A DNA stretch of 64,000 bases from the sequence record PP418986.1. The stretch is one strand, 5' to 3'. The notes beneath the pieces are model-generated. The model searched no databases. It worked only from the letters and a program-made list of their open reading frames with translations, and was not told where the DNA came from. This document shows, piece after piece, positions 10,165 through 22,167 of the stretch; the stretch's first letter is position 1, and each line of letters starts with the position of its first letter. Source of the DNA: Escherichia phage UPWr_E2. Made by a program: the position numbers and the translations under genes.

Positions 10165-10814
10165 TTAAACTCCGCATGCCTGCTGGTGGTGAAAGATACA
10201 TTGATGGTAAATCAGTTTATAAATTATACTTAATGATAAAACAACATATGAATGGAAAGTATGATGTTATTAAGTATAATTGGTGCATGCGGGTGTCTGA
10301 TGCCGCTTATCAAAAGCGAAGGGATAAGTATTTTTTCCAGAAGTTATCAGAAAAATATAAATTAAAGGAACTTGCTTTAATCTTTATAAGCAATCTTGTT
10401 GCTAACCAGGATGCTTGGATTGGCGACATCTCTGACGCTGATGCACTTGTGTTTTATCGTGAATATATCGGACGCTTAAAGCAAATTAAATTTAAGTTTG
10501 AAGAAGATATTCGCAACATTTATTATTTTAGTAAGAAAGTTGAAGTTTCTGCTTTTAAAGAAATCTTTGAGTATAATCCAAAAGTTCAATCAAGTTATAT
10601 TTTTAAACTACTTCAATCGAATATAATTTCGTTTGAAACGTTTATCTTGCTTGATTCGTTTTTAAATATAATTGATAAACACGATGAACAGACTGATAAT
10701 TTAGTCTGGAATAATTATTCTATAAAGTTAAAGGCTTATAGAAAAATTTTAAATATTGATTCACAGAAAGCTAAAAATGTTTTCATTGAAACTGTGAAAT
10801 CTTGCAAGTATTGA
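10161..10814 (+). CDS. 59: helicase loader gp59
   Basis: 217 aa, T4 gp59 length and position. Confidence 0.88.
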   Translation: MIKLRMPAGGERYIDGKSVYKLYLMIKQHMNGKYDVIKYNWCMRVSDAAYQKRRDKYFFQKLSEKYKLKELALIFISNLVANQDAWIGDISDADALVFYREYIGRLKQIKFKFEEDIRNIYYFSKKVEVSAFKEIFEYNPKVQSSYIFKLLQSNIISFETFILLDSFLNIIDKHDEQTDNLVWNNYSIKLKAYRKILNIDSQKAKNVFIETVKSCKY

Positions 10815-10815
10815 T

Positions 10816-11448
10816 ATGAATATAGTATATTGGTTTACATTTGAAGACCGTGTCAAAAATAAGACTCCGCCATACTATTATATCGGTAGTAAATTAAATT
10901 GCTCATTTGAGAACGGAATAATATATGACTCTTCCGGAAAGGAATACTGGAGCTCATGTAAACAAAAAAGATTTTTGAATGCGCTAATGCTTCAAAAACC
11001 GAGCGTTAAAATAATTCAAATTGATGATGACTTGGATGTTATTGAAGCAGAACGAAAATACCAACTTGAAGTAAATGCCAGAGATAATCCAGACTATTTT
11101 AATCTGGTATATGCTGGTGGTGGATTTGGTGTGAGTGGTGAAACTCATCCAGCCAAAGACCCGGAAGTTAGAGAGCATATGAGATTGGCTAATTATATGA
11201 ACCGTGACGATTTTAGACCTTGGAAAACATCACGAGCTAATATAGAGTCTTGGAAATTATCTCATATTGCTTACGAGAATTATGTGTTATTATTATCCTC
11301 TAATCTGTACGGTAAAACTCCTGGATGGCGAAGAGTTAAAGGTAATATAAATATAACTGATACAACTGCTAAATCGATGGTAAAGTATTTCAACTCAGGT
11401 TGGATACCTCTCGAAGACCCAGAGTATTGCGAATTATGCCAGCTATGA
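10816..11448 (+). CDS. segG: free-standing GIY-YIG homing endonuclease, SegG-like
   Basis: 210 aa; N-terminal IVYWFTF...YYYIGSK GIY-YIG motif; sits between 59 and 32 where T4 segG lies. Confidence 0.75.
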   Translation: MNIVYWFTFEDRVKNKTPPYYYIGSKLNCSFENGIIYDSSGKEYWSSCKQKRFLNALMLQKPSVKIIQIDDDLDVIEAERKYQLEVNARDNPDYFNLVYAGGGFGVSGETHPAKDPEVREHMRLANYMNRDDFRPWKTSRANIESWKLSHIAYENYVLLLSSNLYGKTPGWRRVKGNINITDTTAKSMVKYFNSGWIPLEDPEYCELCQL

Positions 11449-11507
11449 GGTAAAGTGTCATAGCACCAACTGTTAATTAAATTAAATTAAATTAAAAAGG
11501 AAATAAA
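11442..11507 (+). promoter_or_regulatory. gene 32 translational operator: hairpin/pseudoknot stem plus unstructured UUAAA repeats
   Basis: gctatga...tcatagc hairpin then ttaattaaattaaattaaattaaaaaggaaataaaATG, the gp32 autoregulatory site in T4. Confidence 0.7.
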
Positions 11508-12413
11508 ATGTTTAAACGTAAATCTACTGCTGAACTTGCTGCACAAATGGCTAAACTGAATGGCAATAAAGGTTTTTCTTCTGAAGATAAAGGCGAGTGG
11601 AAACTGAAACTCGATAATGCGGGTAACGGTCAAGCAGTAATTCGTTTTCTTCCGTCTAAAAATGATGAACAAGCACCATTCGCAATTCTTGTAAATCACG
11701 GTTTCAAGAAAAATGGTAAATGGTATATTGAAACATGTTCATCTACCCATGGTGATTACGATTCTTGCCCAGTATGTCAGTACATCAGTAAAAATGATCT
11801 GTACAACACTGGCAATAAAGAGTACAGTCTTGTTAAACGTAAAACTTCTTACTGGGCTAATATTCTTGTTGTAAAAGACCCAGCTGCTCCAGAAAATGAA
11901 GGTAAAGTATTTAAATATCGTTTCGGTAAGAAAATCTGGGATAAAATCAACGCGATGATTGCGGTTGATGTTGAAATGGGTGAAACTCCGGTTGATGTAA
12001 CTTGTCCGTGGGAAGGTGCTAACTTTGTACTGAAAGTTAAACAAGTTTCCGGATTTAGTAACTACGACGAATCTAAATTCCTGAATCAATCTGCGATTCC
12101 AAACATTGATGATGAATCTTTCCAGAAAGAACTGTTCGAACAAATGGTTGACCTTTCTGAAATGACTTCTAAAGATAAATTCAAATCATTTGAAGAACTG
12201 AATACTAAATTCGGTCAAGTTATGGGAACTGCTGTGATGGGCGGTGCCGCTGCAACTGCTGCTAAGAAAGCTGATAAAGTTGCTGATGATTTGGATGCAT
12301 TCAATGTTGATGACTTCAATACAAAAACTGAAGATGATTTTATGAGCTCAAGCTCTGGCAGTTCATCTAGTGCTGATGACACGGACCTGGATGACCTTTT
12401 GAATGACCTTTAA
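11508..12413 (+). CDS. 32: ssDNA-binding protein gp32
   Basis: 301 aa, sequence matches T4 gp32 from memory including the acidic Ser/Asp-rich C-terminus. Confidence 0.97.
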
Positions 12414-12435
12414 TAGATTATATTACTAATTAATT

Positions 12436-12464
12436 GGGGACCTCTAGGGTCCCCTTTTTTATTT
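12436..12464 (+). terminator. rho-independent terminator after gene 32
   Basis: ggggacc-tcta-ggtcccc followed by ttttttattt. Confidence 0.8.
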
Positions 12465-12484
12465 CAAAATTTTTTCACAAAACT

Positions 12485-12514
12485 GTTTACATCCTTGTCC
12501 TTCTATGGTACTAT
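12485..12514 (+). promoter_or_regulatory. early promoter
   Basis: -35 gtttac, 18-nt spacer, -10 tactat preceded by tgg. Confidence 0.5.
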
Positions 12515-12557
12515 ACAACTATTGGCAATACTGCTGATGATTAAAGAGGAAAATAAT

Positions 12558-12785
12558 ATGGCTAAAGTTGATATTGACATCGTTGATTTTGAATATATTG
12601 AAGAGATTATTCGTAATCGTTATCCTGAACTTAGTATCACAAGCGTGCAAGATTCTAAGTTTTGGAGTATTCAAATCGTTATTGAAGGTCCTCTTGAAGA
12701 CCTCACCCGCTTTATGGCTAATGAATATTGTGATGGTATGGATGCTGAAGACACAGAATTTTACATGGGAATGATTGAACAATAA
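12558..12785 (+). CDS. hypothetical protein (75 aa)
   Basis: ATG 12558 with SD aagagga; the track start 12495 is an upstream extension. Confidence 0.6.
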   Translation: MAKVDIDIVDFEYIEEIIRNRYPELSITSVQDSKFWSIQIVIEGPLEDLTRFMANEYCDGMDAEDTEFYMGMIEQ

Positions 12786-12830
12786 TTATCAAGGGGCTAT
12801 TAAGCCCCTATTAAAATGAGGAAAATCAAA

Positions 12831-13217
12831 ATGGAAATCGGCAAAAAATACGAGTTAAATCCACACCGTATTAAATCTTTCATTGATATTAGTTCATCAA
12901 ATGCTAATATGGTCGGCATCATTCAAGAAAATGGTGGTTGGTTTGAAGTTAAATCAATATCAAGTTTAGATGGCTTTGATTATGTAACCGAAATCATTTG
13001 TGCTAATGGTGAAATCTATAATGATGATGGTATGGGTGATGATTATTTTGAACTTAGTGAAGAAGAGTTTTATTGTTTCCGCGAATATAAAGAACCGACT
13101 TCTGAAGAAGATGAAGTCAAAGACAAGGTTTCTGGCGTAACAAAAATTCACTGCATTGTTGACGAAAACAATGTAGATGAAATCATTGAACTTTTGCGAA
13201 AAACTTTCAAAAAGTAG
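12831..13217 (+). CDS. hypothetical acidic protein (128 aa)
   Basis: SD gagga 8 nt upstream of ATG 12831; ATG 12816 lies inside the SD. Confidence 0.6.
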   Translation: MEIGKKYELNPHRIKSFIDISSSNANMVGIIQENGGWFEVKSISSLDGFDYVTEIICANGEIYNDDGMGDDYFELSEEEFYCFREYKEPTSEEDEVKDKVSGVTKIHCIVDENNVDEIIELLRKTFKK

Positions 13218-13246
13218 TTTACAGAAGGGTAGTAGTGTGATACTAT
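13217..13246 (+). promoter_or_regulatory. early promoter overlapping a hairpin
   Basis: -35 gtttac, 18-nt spacer, -10 tactat; gggtagta...tattaccc inverted repeat around the -10. Confidence 0.45.
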
Positions 13247-13276
13247 TACCCTATCAAAATTAATGGAGAAAAGAAA

Positions 13277-13345
13277 ATGTTCGCACCTTATATTATGGCA
13301 GCAGTTATGTTGGTCTGTTTATATCTTTTGATTAAAGCTTGCTAA
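13277..13345 (+). CDS. possible 22-aa hydrophobic peptide (MFAPYIMAAVMLVCLYLLIKAC)
   Basis: SD ggaga 8 nt upstream of ATG; single predicted TM-like segment; below the ORF-track size cut-off. Confidence 0.3.
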   Translation: MFAPYIMAAVMLVCLYLLIKAC

Positions 13346-13355
13346 GGAGAATAAA

Positions 13356-13598
13356 ATGAGATTACAACGCCAGAGCATCAAAGATTCAGAAGTTAGAGGT
13401 AAATGGTATTTTAATATCATCGGTAAAGATTCTGAACTTGTTGAAAAAGCTGAACATCTTTTACGTGGCATGGGATGGGAAGATGAATGTGATGGATGCC
13501 CTCTTTATGAGGATGGAGAAAGCGCAGGATTTTGGATTTACCATTCTGACGTCGAGCAGTTTAAAGCTGATTGGAAAATTGTGAAAAAGTCTGTTTAA
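13356..13598 (+). CDS. hypothetical protein (80 aa)
   Basis: SD aaggag upstream of ATG. Confidence 0.6.
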   Translation: MRLQRQSIKDSEVRGKWYFNIIGKDSELVEKAEHLLRGMGWEDECDGCPLYEDGESAGFWIYHSDVEQFKADWKIVKKSV

Positions 13599-13608
13599 GG
13601 AAAATAAT

Positions 13609-14637
<1,029 letters not shown>

Positions 14638-14638
<1 letters not shown>

Positions 14639-15186
14639 TGAAACAATACCAATTTTTAATTAAAGATATCCTGGAAAATGGCTACGAAACCGATGACCGA
14701 ACAGGCACAGGAACAATTGCTTTGTTCGGTACTAAATTACGCTGGGATTTAACTAAAGGTTTTCCTGCAGTAACAACTAAGAAGCTCGCCTGGAAAGCTT
14801 GCATTGCTGAGCTGCTTTGGTTTTTATCGGGAAGCACAAATGTCAATGATTTGCGATTAATTCAACATGATTCGTTAATCCAAGGCAAAACAGTTTGGGA
14901 TGAAAATTACGAAAATCAAGCAAAAGATTTAGGATACCATAGCGGTGAACTTGGTCCAATTTATGGAAAACAGTGGCGTGATTTTGGTGGCGTAGACCAA
15001 ATTATAGAAGTTATTGATCGTATTAAAAAATTGCCAAATGATAGGCGTCAAATTGTTTCAGCATGGAATCCAGCTGAACTCAAGCAGATGGCATTACCGC
15101 CTTGTCATATGTTCTATCAGTTTAATGTGCGTAATGGCTATTTGGATTTGCAGTGGTATCAACGATCAGTAGATGTTTTCTTGGGT
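14638..15186 (+). CDS. td: thymidylate synthase, exon 1
   Basis: MKQYQFLIKDILENGYETDDRTGTGT...VDVFLG then in-frame TAA at intron start; 183 codons. Confidence 0.92.
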
Positions 15187-15506
15187 TAATTGAGGCCTGA
15201 GTATAAGGTGACTTATACTTGTAATCTATCTAAACGGGGAACCTCTCTAGTAGACAATCCCGTGCTAAATTGTAGGACTACCCTTTAATAATTTCATCAG
15301 GATTAGTTACTTATCGTGTAAAATCTGATAAATGGAATTGGTTCTACATAAATGCCTAACGACTATCCCTTTGGGGAGTAGGGTCAAGTGACTCGAAACG
15401 ATAGACAACTTGCTTTAACAAGTTGGAGATATAGTCTGATCTGCATGGTGACATGCAGCTGGATATAATTCCGGGGTAAGATTAACGACCTTATCTGAAC
15501 ATAATG
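15187..15506 (+). other. group I self-splicing intron in td, without the I-TevI ORF (320 nt)
   Basis: 5' junction ttgggt|taattgaggcctgagtataagg and 3' junction ...ttatctgaacataatg|ct match the T4 td intron core; only the last ~22 codons of I-TevI remain. Confidence 0.88.
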
Positions 15507-15818
15507 CTTCCATTTAATATTGCATCATATGCTACGTTAGTTCATATTGTAGCTAAGATGTGTAATCTTATTCCGGGAGATTTGATATTTTCCGGTGGTA
15601 ATACTCATATCTATATGAATCACGTAGAACAATGTAAAGAAATTTTGCGTCGTGAACCTAAAGAGCTTTGTGAACTGGTAATAGGCGGATTGCCTTATAA
15701 ATTCCGCTATCTTTCTACTAAAGAACAATTGGAATACATTCTTAAACTCAGGCCTAAAGATTTCGTTCTCAAAGATTATCAGTCCCACGGCGTCTTGAAA
15801 GGAAAAATGGCGGTGTAA
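15507..15818 (+). CDS. td: thymidylate synthase, exon 2
   Basis: continues LPFNIASYATLVHIVAKM...; exon 1 + exon 2 = 286 aa, T4 Td length. Confidence 0.92.
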   Translation, partial: LPFNIASYATLVHIVAKMCNLIPGDLIFSGGNTHIYMNHVEQCKEILRREPKELCELVIGGLPYKFRYLSTKEQLEYILKLRPKDFVLKDYQSHGVLKGKMAV

Positions 15819-15841
15819 TTTTAATTTAATTGTGAGGATTT

Positions 15842-16105
15842 ATGATTTTACGATTTAAAGATACTTCTGGTGTAGTTCTTTTTACACTTCCTAACCCAAG
15901 TGAGTTAGAAGTTCCAGGACCAAATCAGCCTATTATCATTTATGGCAAAAAATATTATACTCATAAAATGACTCGTGAGTATTTTGATAATAAAATTTCC
16001 ACAGTTAAAACTTCTTCTGACTGTTACTACGATATTACTGTTTTAACGGAAAAACAATATGCCGAATTATCACCGCGCGGGCCGTCTATGTCGGGTAGTG
16101 AATAA
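15842..16105 (+). CDS. hypothetical protein (87 aa)
   Basis: SD gagga upstream of ATG. Confidence 0.55.
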   Translation: MILRFKDTSGVVLFTLPNPSELEVPGPNQPIIIYGKKYYTHKMTREYFDNKISTVKTSSDCYYDITVLTEKQYAELSPRGPSMSGSE

Positions 16106-16385
16106 ATACAAATCCGACTTTGATGTTAATATTCACCGTGGTACATTTTGGGGAAATTACGTCGGTAAAGATGCTGGCAGCCGGGAGGCTGCCATTGAAT
16201 TATTCAAAAAAGATTTTATACGTCGAATTAAATCCGGAGAAATAACTAAAGCACATTTAGAGCCTTTACGTGGAATGAGGCTAGGATGCACATGTAAACC
16301 AAAGCCGTGTCATGGTGATATAATAGCTCATATAGTTAACCGACTGTTTAAAGACGATTTTCAAGTTGAGGACTTATGCAATTAA
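16059..16385 (+). CDS. hypothetical protein with [11 protein letters not shown] motif (108 aa; start uncertain)
   Basis: conserved-looking Cys/His motif; overlaps previous ORF by 47 nt. Confidence 0.5.
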   Translation: MPNYHRAGRLCRVVNKYKSDFDVNIHRGTFWGNYVGKDAGSREAAIELFKKDFIRRIKSGEITKAHLEPLRGMRLGCTCKPKPCHGDIIAHIVNRLFKDDFQVEDLCN

Positions 16386-18640
16386 TTAATGTTATCAAAA
16401 GTAGTGGTGTTTCTCAGAGCTTTGACCCGCAAAAAATTATTAAAGTTTTATCTTGGGCATCTGAGGGAACATCAGTAGATCCTTATGAATTATATGAAAA
16501 TATTAAATCATATCTCCGTGATGGAATGACAACTGATGACATTCAGACTATTGTCATTAAGGCTGCTGCGAATTCTATTTCGGTTGAAGAGCCTGATTAT
16601 CAATATGTAGCTGCACGCTGTTTAATGTTCGCTCTTCGTAAGCATGTTTATGGGCAGTATGAACCACGTTCATTTATTGACCATATTTCTTACTGTGTAA
16701 ATGAAGGTAAATATGACCCTGAATTATTGTCAAAATATTCAGCAGAAGAAATTACATTTTTAGAATCAAAAATTAAGCACGAGCGGGATATGGAATTTAC
16801 TTATTCCGGGGCGATGCAATTAAAAGAAAAATATCTAGTTAAAGATAAAACCACTGGTCAAATTTATGAAACTCCGCAGTTTGCATTTATGACTATTGGA
16901 ATGGCATTGCATCAAGATGAACCTGTTGATAGATTAAAACATGTTATTCGTTTTTATGAAGCAGTATCTACTCGACAGATTTCATTACCAACTCCTATTA
17001 TGGCTGGTTGCCGTACTCCAACTCGGCAGTTTAGTTCATGCGTTGTTATTGAGGCAGGCGATTCACTGAAGTCTATCAATAAGGCTTCTGCTTCAATTGT
17101 TGAATATATCTCTAAACGCGCTGGAATTGGTATTAACGTTGGTATGATTCGTGCTGAAGGTTCTAAGATTGGCATGGGTGAAGTGCGTCATACTGGTGTT
17201 ATTCCTTTTTGGAAACATTTTCAGACTGCTGTTAAATCATGCTCACAGGGTGGAATTCGTGGCGGCGCTGCTACTGCTTATTATCCTATTTGGCATTTGG
17301 AAGTTGAAAATCTTCTCGTTTTGAAAAATAACAAAGGCGTAGAAGAAAACCGCATTCGTCATATGGATTATGGTGTTCAGCTGAATGATTTGATGATGGA
17401 ACGATTCGGAAAGAACGATTACATTACTTTGTTCAGTCCGCATGAAATGGGTGGCGAGCTTTATTATTCTTATTTTAAAGACCAAAACCGTTTCCGTGAA
17501 TTATACGAAGCAGCAGAAAAAGACCCTAATATTCGTAAAAAGCGTATTAAAGCCCGTGAACTATTTGAATTGCTCATGACTGAACGTTCAGGAACCGCAA
17601 GGATTTATGTGCAGTTCATTGATAATACGAATAACTATACTCCGTTTATTCGTGAAAAGGCGCCTATTCGTCAGAGTAACTTGTGTTGTGAAATTGCTAT
17701 TCCAACAAATGATGTGAATAGTCCTGATGCTGAAATTGGATTGTGTACTCTCTCTGCATTCGTACTAGATAATTTTGACTGGCAAGACCAAGATAAAATT
17801 AATGAATTGGCAGAAGTTCAAGTTCGTGCTCTTGATAATCTGTTGGATTACCAAGGATATCCAGTTCCTGAAGCAGAAAAAGCTAAAAAGCGTCGTAACC
17901 TCGGTGTAGGTGTTACCAACTATGCAGCTTGGCTGGCAAGTAACTTTGCTTCTTATGAAGATGCTAATGATTTAACACATGAACTATTTGAGAGATTACA
18001 GTATGGACTCATTAAAGCATCCATTAAGCTCGCCAAAGAAAAAGGACCTTGCGAATATTATTCAGACACTCGTTGGTCTCGAGGCGAATTACCTATCGAC
18101 TGGTACAATAAAAAGATTGACCAAATCGCAGCTCCAAAATACGTTTGTGACTGGTCGGCGCTGCGGGAAGACCTTAAGCTCTTTGGCATCCGTAATAGCA
18201 CATTATCAGCACTTATGCCATGTGAGTCATCTTCCCAAGTTTCTAACAGTACAAACGGTATCGAGCCTCCACGTGGACCAGTCTCTGTTAAAGAATCAAA
18301 AGAGGGTTCCTTTAATCAAGTCGTGCCCAATATTGAACATAACATAGACCTATATGATTATACATGGAAATTAGCTAAGAAAGGTAATAAACCTTATCTT
18401 ACGCAGGTAGCTATTATGCTGAAATGGGTATGTCAATCAGCTTCAGCGAATACATATTATGACCCGCAGATTTTTCCAAAAGGAAAGGTTCCAATGTCAA
18501 TAATGATTGATGACATGCTATACGGATGGTATTATGGCATTAAAAACTTCTATTATCATAATACTCGTGATGGTTCCGGTACTGATGATTATGAAATAGA
18601 AACTCCAAAAGCCGATGATTGCGCAGCGTGTAAATTGTAA
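16376..18640 (+). CDS. nrdA: ribonucleotide reductase large subunit
   Basis: 754 aa, matches T4 NrdA from memory. Confidence 0.95.
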   Translation: MQLINVIKSSGVSQSFDPQKIIKVLSWASEGTSVDPYELYENIKSYLRDGMTTDDIQTIVIKAAANSISVEEPDYQYVAARCLMFALRKHVYGQYEPRSFIDHISYCVNEGKYDPELLSKYSAEEITFLESKIKHERDMEFTYSGAMQLKEKYLVKDKTTGQIYETPQFAFMTIGMALHQDEPVDRLKHVIRFYEAVSTRQISLPTPIMAGCRTPTRQFSSCVVIEAGDSLKSINKASASIVEYISKRAGIGINVGMIRAEGSKIGMGEVRHTGVIPFWKHFQTAVKSCSQGGIRGGAATAYYPIWHLEVENLLVLKNNKGVEENRIRHMDYGVQLNDLMMERFGKNDYITLFSPHEMGGELYYSYFKDQNRFRELYEAAEKDPNIRKKRIKARELFELLMTERSGTARIYVQFIDNTNNYTPFIREKAPIRQSNLCCEIAIPTNDVNSPDAEIGLCTLSAFVLDNFDWQDQDKINELAEVQVRALDNLLDYQGYPVPEAEKAKKRRNLGVGVTNYAAWLASNFASYEDANDLTHELFERLQYGLIKASIKLAKEKGPCEYYSDTRWSRGELPIDWYNKKIDQIAAPKYVCDWSALREDLKLFGIRNSTLSALMPCESSSQVSNSTNGIEPPRGPVSVKESKEGSFNQVVPNIEHNIDLYDYTWKLAKKGNKPYLTQVAIMLKWVCQSASANTYYDPQIFPKGKVPMSIMIDDMLYGWYYGIKNFYYHNTRDGSGTDDYEIETPKADDCAACKL

Positions 18641-19371
18641 TGAATTATCAAAAAATCTATAACGACCTAATTTCCCGAGCTCAGGCTCGGGAATCTTTAC
18701 TAGAATATAAAGAGACACATCATATAATCCCTAAATGTATGGGAGGTTCTGATGATAAGGAAAATTTAGTTGAATTAACAGCCAGAGAACATTTTATAGC
18801 TCATCTATTACTATGTAAGATAAATGAAGGCCATTTTGGTCTTGCCTCTGCGTTAACGTTGATGGCAACAGATAAAGCTGGCAATAGAATTAATAACAGA
18901 TTGTACAGCTTACACAGAAAATTATTTGCTAAAGCTAATTCTGAGTTCTTTAAGAAATATTGGAAAAATAATCCTCATCCTAAAGGGATGCTAGGCAAGC
19001 ATCATAAAAACGAAACTAAACAGCATGTATCTAACGTGAATAGATATGCGTGCCCATCTGTAGAAATACATAAATTCTCATTAGATGGGGATTTCATAGA
19101 AACCTTTCACTCTATTGCGGCAGCGTCCCGGTCAGTTAATGGAAACGGGTCAAATATCAAATATTGTGCCGAGGGTAAATTTCAATATGCTTATGGATTT
19201 AGATGGTCATATCAACTTGATGCAAAGTTTGACAAAATAAAACCAAGAGATTATAAAGGAATCCGCGGTAAGAAATGGATTAATAATGGAAGTGAATGCA
19301 CGCTTATAGGTAAAGATGATATTATACCGCCAGGTTGGAAACGCGGCAGAATTTTAAAGAGGAAAAATTAA
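18640..19371 (+). CDS. mobE: free-standing HNH homing endonuclease, MobE-like
   Basis: 243 aa; HHIIPKCMGGSDDKENLVELTAREH HNH motif; between nrdA and nrdB; TAATG overlaps at both ends. Confidence 0.8.
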   Translation: MNYQKIYNDLISRAQARESLLEYKETHHIIPKCMGGSDDKENLVELTAREHFIAHLLLCKINEGHFGLASALTLMATDKAGNRINNRLYSLHRKLFAKANSEFFKKYWKNNPHPKGMLGKHHKNETKQHVSNVNRYACPSVEIHKFSLDGDFIETFHSIAAASRSVNGNGSNIKYCAEGKFQYAYGFRWSYQLDAKFDKIKPRDYKGIRGKKWINNGSECTLIGKDDIIPPGWKRGRILKRKN

Positions 19372-20549
19372 TGTCTACAGTTTTTAATACAAATCCAGTT
19401 GATGTTTTAAAAGAACCTATGTTTTTTGGTTCAGGTCTTGGTATTGCGCGTTATGATATTCAACGTCATAAAGTTTTTGAAGATTTAACCGAAAAGCAGT
19501 TGTCATTTTTCTGGCGTCCTGAAGAAGTAAACTTAATGATGGATGCTGCACAGTTTAATAAGCTTCCTCAGTACCAGCAAAATATTTTTACTAACAACCT
19601 GAAGTATCAATCACTTTTAGATAGCATTCAGGGTCGTGCGCCGTCTGCTGTACTTATGTCATTAATTTCAGACCCAAGTCTTGATACATGGGTTGCTACA
19701 TGGACTTTTAGTGAAACTATTCACAGTCGTTCATATACTCATATCATGCGAAATCTTTATACTGATCCATCGAAGGTATTTGATGAGATTGTATTAGATG
19801 AAGCTATTATGAAACGTGCTGAATCCATTGGACGTTATTATGATGATGTTCTGATTAAAACTCGTTATTGGGAAAACGCTAAAGCTGATATCGAATACCA
19901 AAAAGAAATTAATGCAGACGAAGACGTTATTGAAGATGCTATTGAGCATGAGACATATTGGAAGCGTGAGCTAATGAAATCTCTTTACCTCTGTTTGCAT
20001 GTAATCAACGCATTGGAAGCTATTCGTTTTTATGTATCTTTTGCATGTACCTTTAACTTCCATAAGAACATGGAAATCATGGAAGGTAATGCCAAGATTA
20101 TGAAGTTCATTGCACGCGATGAACAGCTTCACCTTAAAGGCACCCAATATATTATTCGTCAACTTCAACTTGGCACTGACGGCGATGAATGGGTTAAAAT
20201 TGCTCAAGAGTGCGAGCAAGAAGCAGTTGATATTTTCATGGAAGTTAACCGCCAAGAAAAAGATTGGGCAGTTCATTTATTTAAAGATGGCGATGTTCCT
20301 GGATTAAATACAAATAGCATGTGGAGCTTTATTGATTACTTAACTGTATCTCGTATGAAACAGTGTGGTCTTCCATGCCCGATTACCGATGCTCCGGTTA
20401 AACATCCATATCCTTGGATTCGTGAATACCTTAATTCTGATAATGTTCAATCCGCGCCGCAAGAAGTAGAACTGTCATCTTATCTTGTTGCACAGATTGA
20501 TAATGATGTTGATGATAAAGTTATGATGAGTTTTAAAAAATACTTTTAA
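19371..20549 (+). CDS. nrdB: ribonucleotide reductase small subunit (uninterrupted)
   Basis: continuous 392-aa ORF from MSTVFNTNPV...; track ORF starts 12 codons earlier at a non-ATG codon. Confidence 0.92.
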   Translation: MSTVFNTNPVDVLKEPMFFGSGLGIARYDIQRHKVFEDLTEKQLSFFWRPEEVNLMMDAAQFNKLPQYQQNIFTNNLKYQSLLDSIQGRAPSAVLMSLISDPSLDTWVATWTFSETIHSRSYTHIMRNLYTDPSKVFDEIVLDEAIMKRAESIGRYYDDVLIKTRYWENAKADIEYQKEINADEDVIEDAIEHETYWKRELMKSLYLCLHVINALEAIRFYVSFACTFNFHKNMEIMEGNAKIMKFIARDEQLHLKGTQYIIRQLQLGTDGDEWVKIAQECEQEAVDIFMEVNRQEKDWAVHLFKDGDVPGLNTNSMWSFIDYLTVSRMKQCGLPCPITDAPVKHPYPWIREYLNSDNVQSAPQEVELSSYLVAQIDNDVDDKVMMSFKKYF

Positions 20550-20553
20550 GGAG

Positions 20554-20576
20554 TGGGCCGCAAGGCCCATTTTATT
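20554..20576 (+). terminator. hairpin with GCAA tetraloop plus U-run after nrdB
   Basis: tgggcc-gcaa-ggccca then ttttatt. Confidence 0.65.
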
Positions 20577-22164
<1,588 letters not shown>

Positions 22165-22167
22165 GCT

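Noticed and set aside
12791-12808. Hairpin ggggc-tattaa-gcccc after the 75-aa ORF as a terminator
   Set aside because: No U-run follows; may be an RNA stability element but not called as a terminator.
15187-15506. Full I-TevI homing endonuclease ORF inside the td intron
   Set aside because: Looked for; only a start-less C-terminal remnant is present and the intron is too short (320 nt) to encode it.
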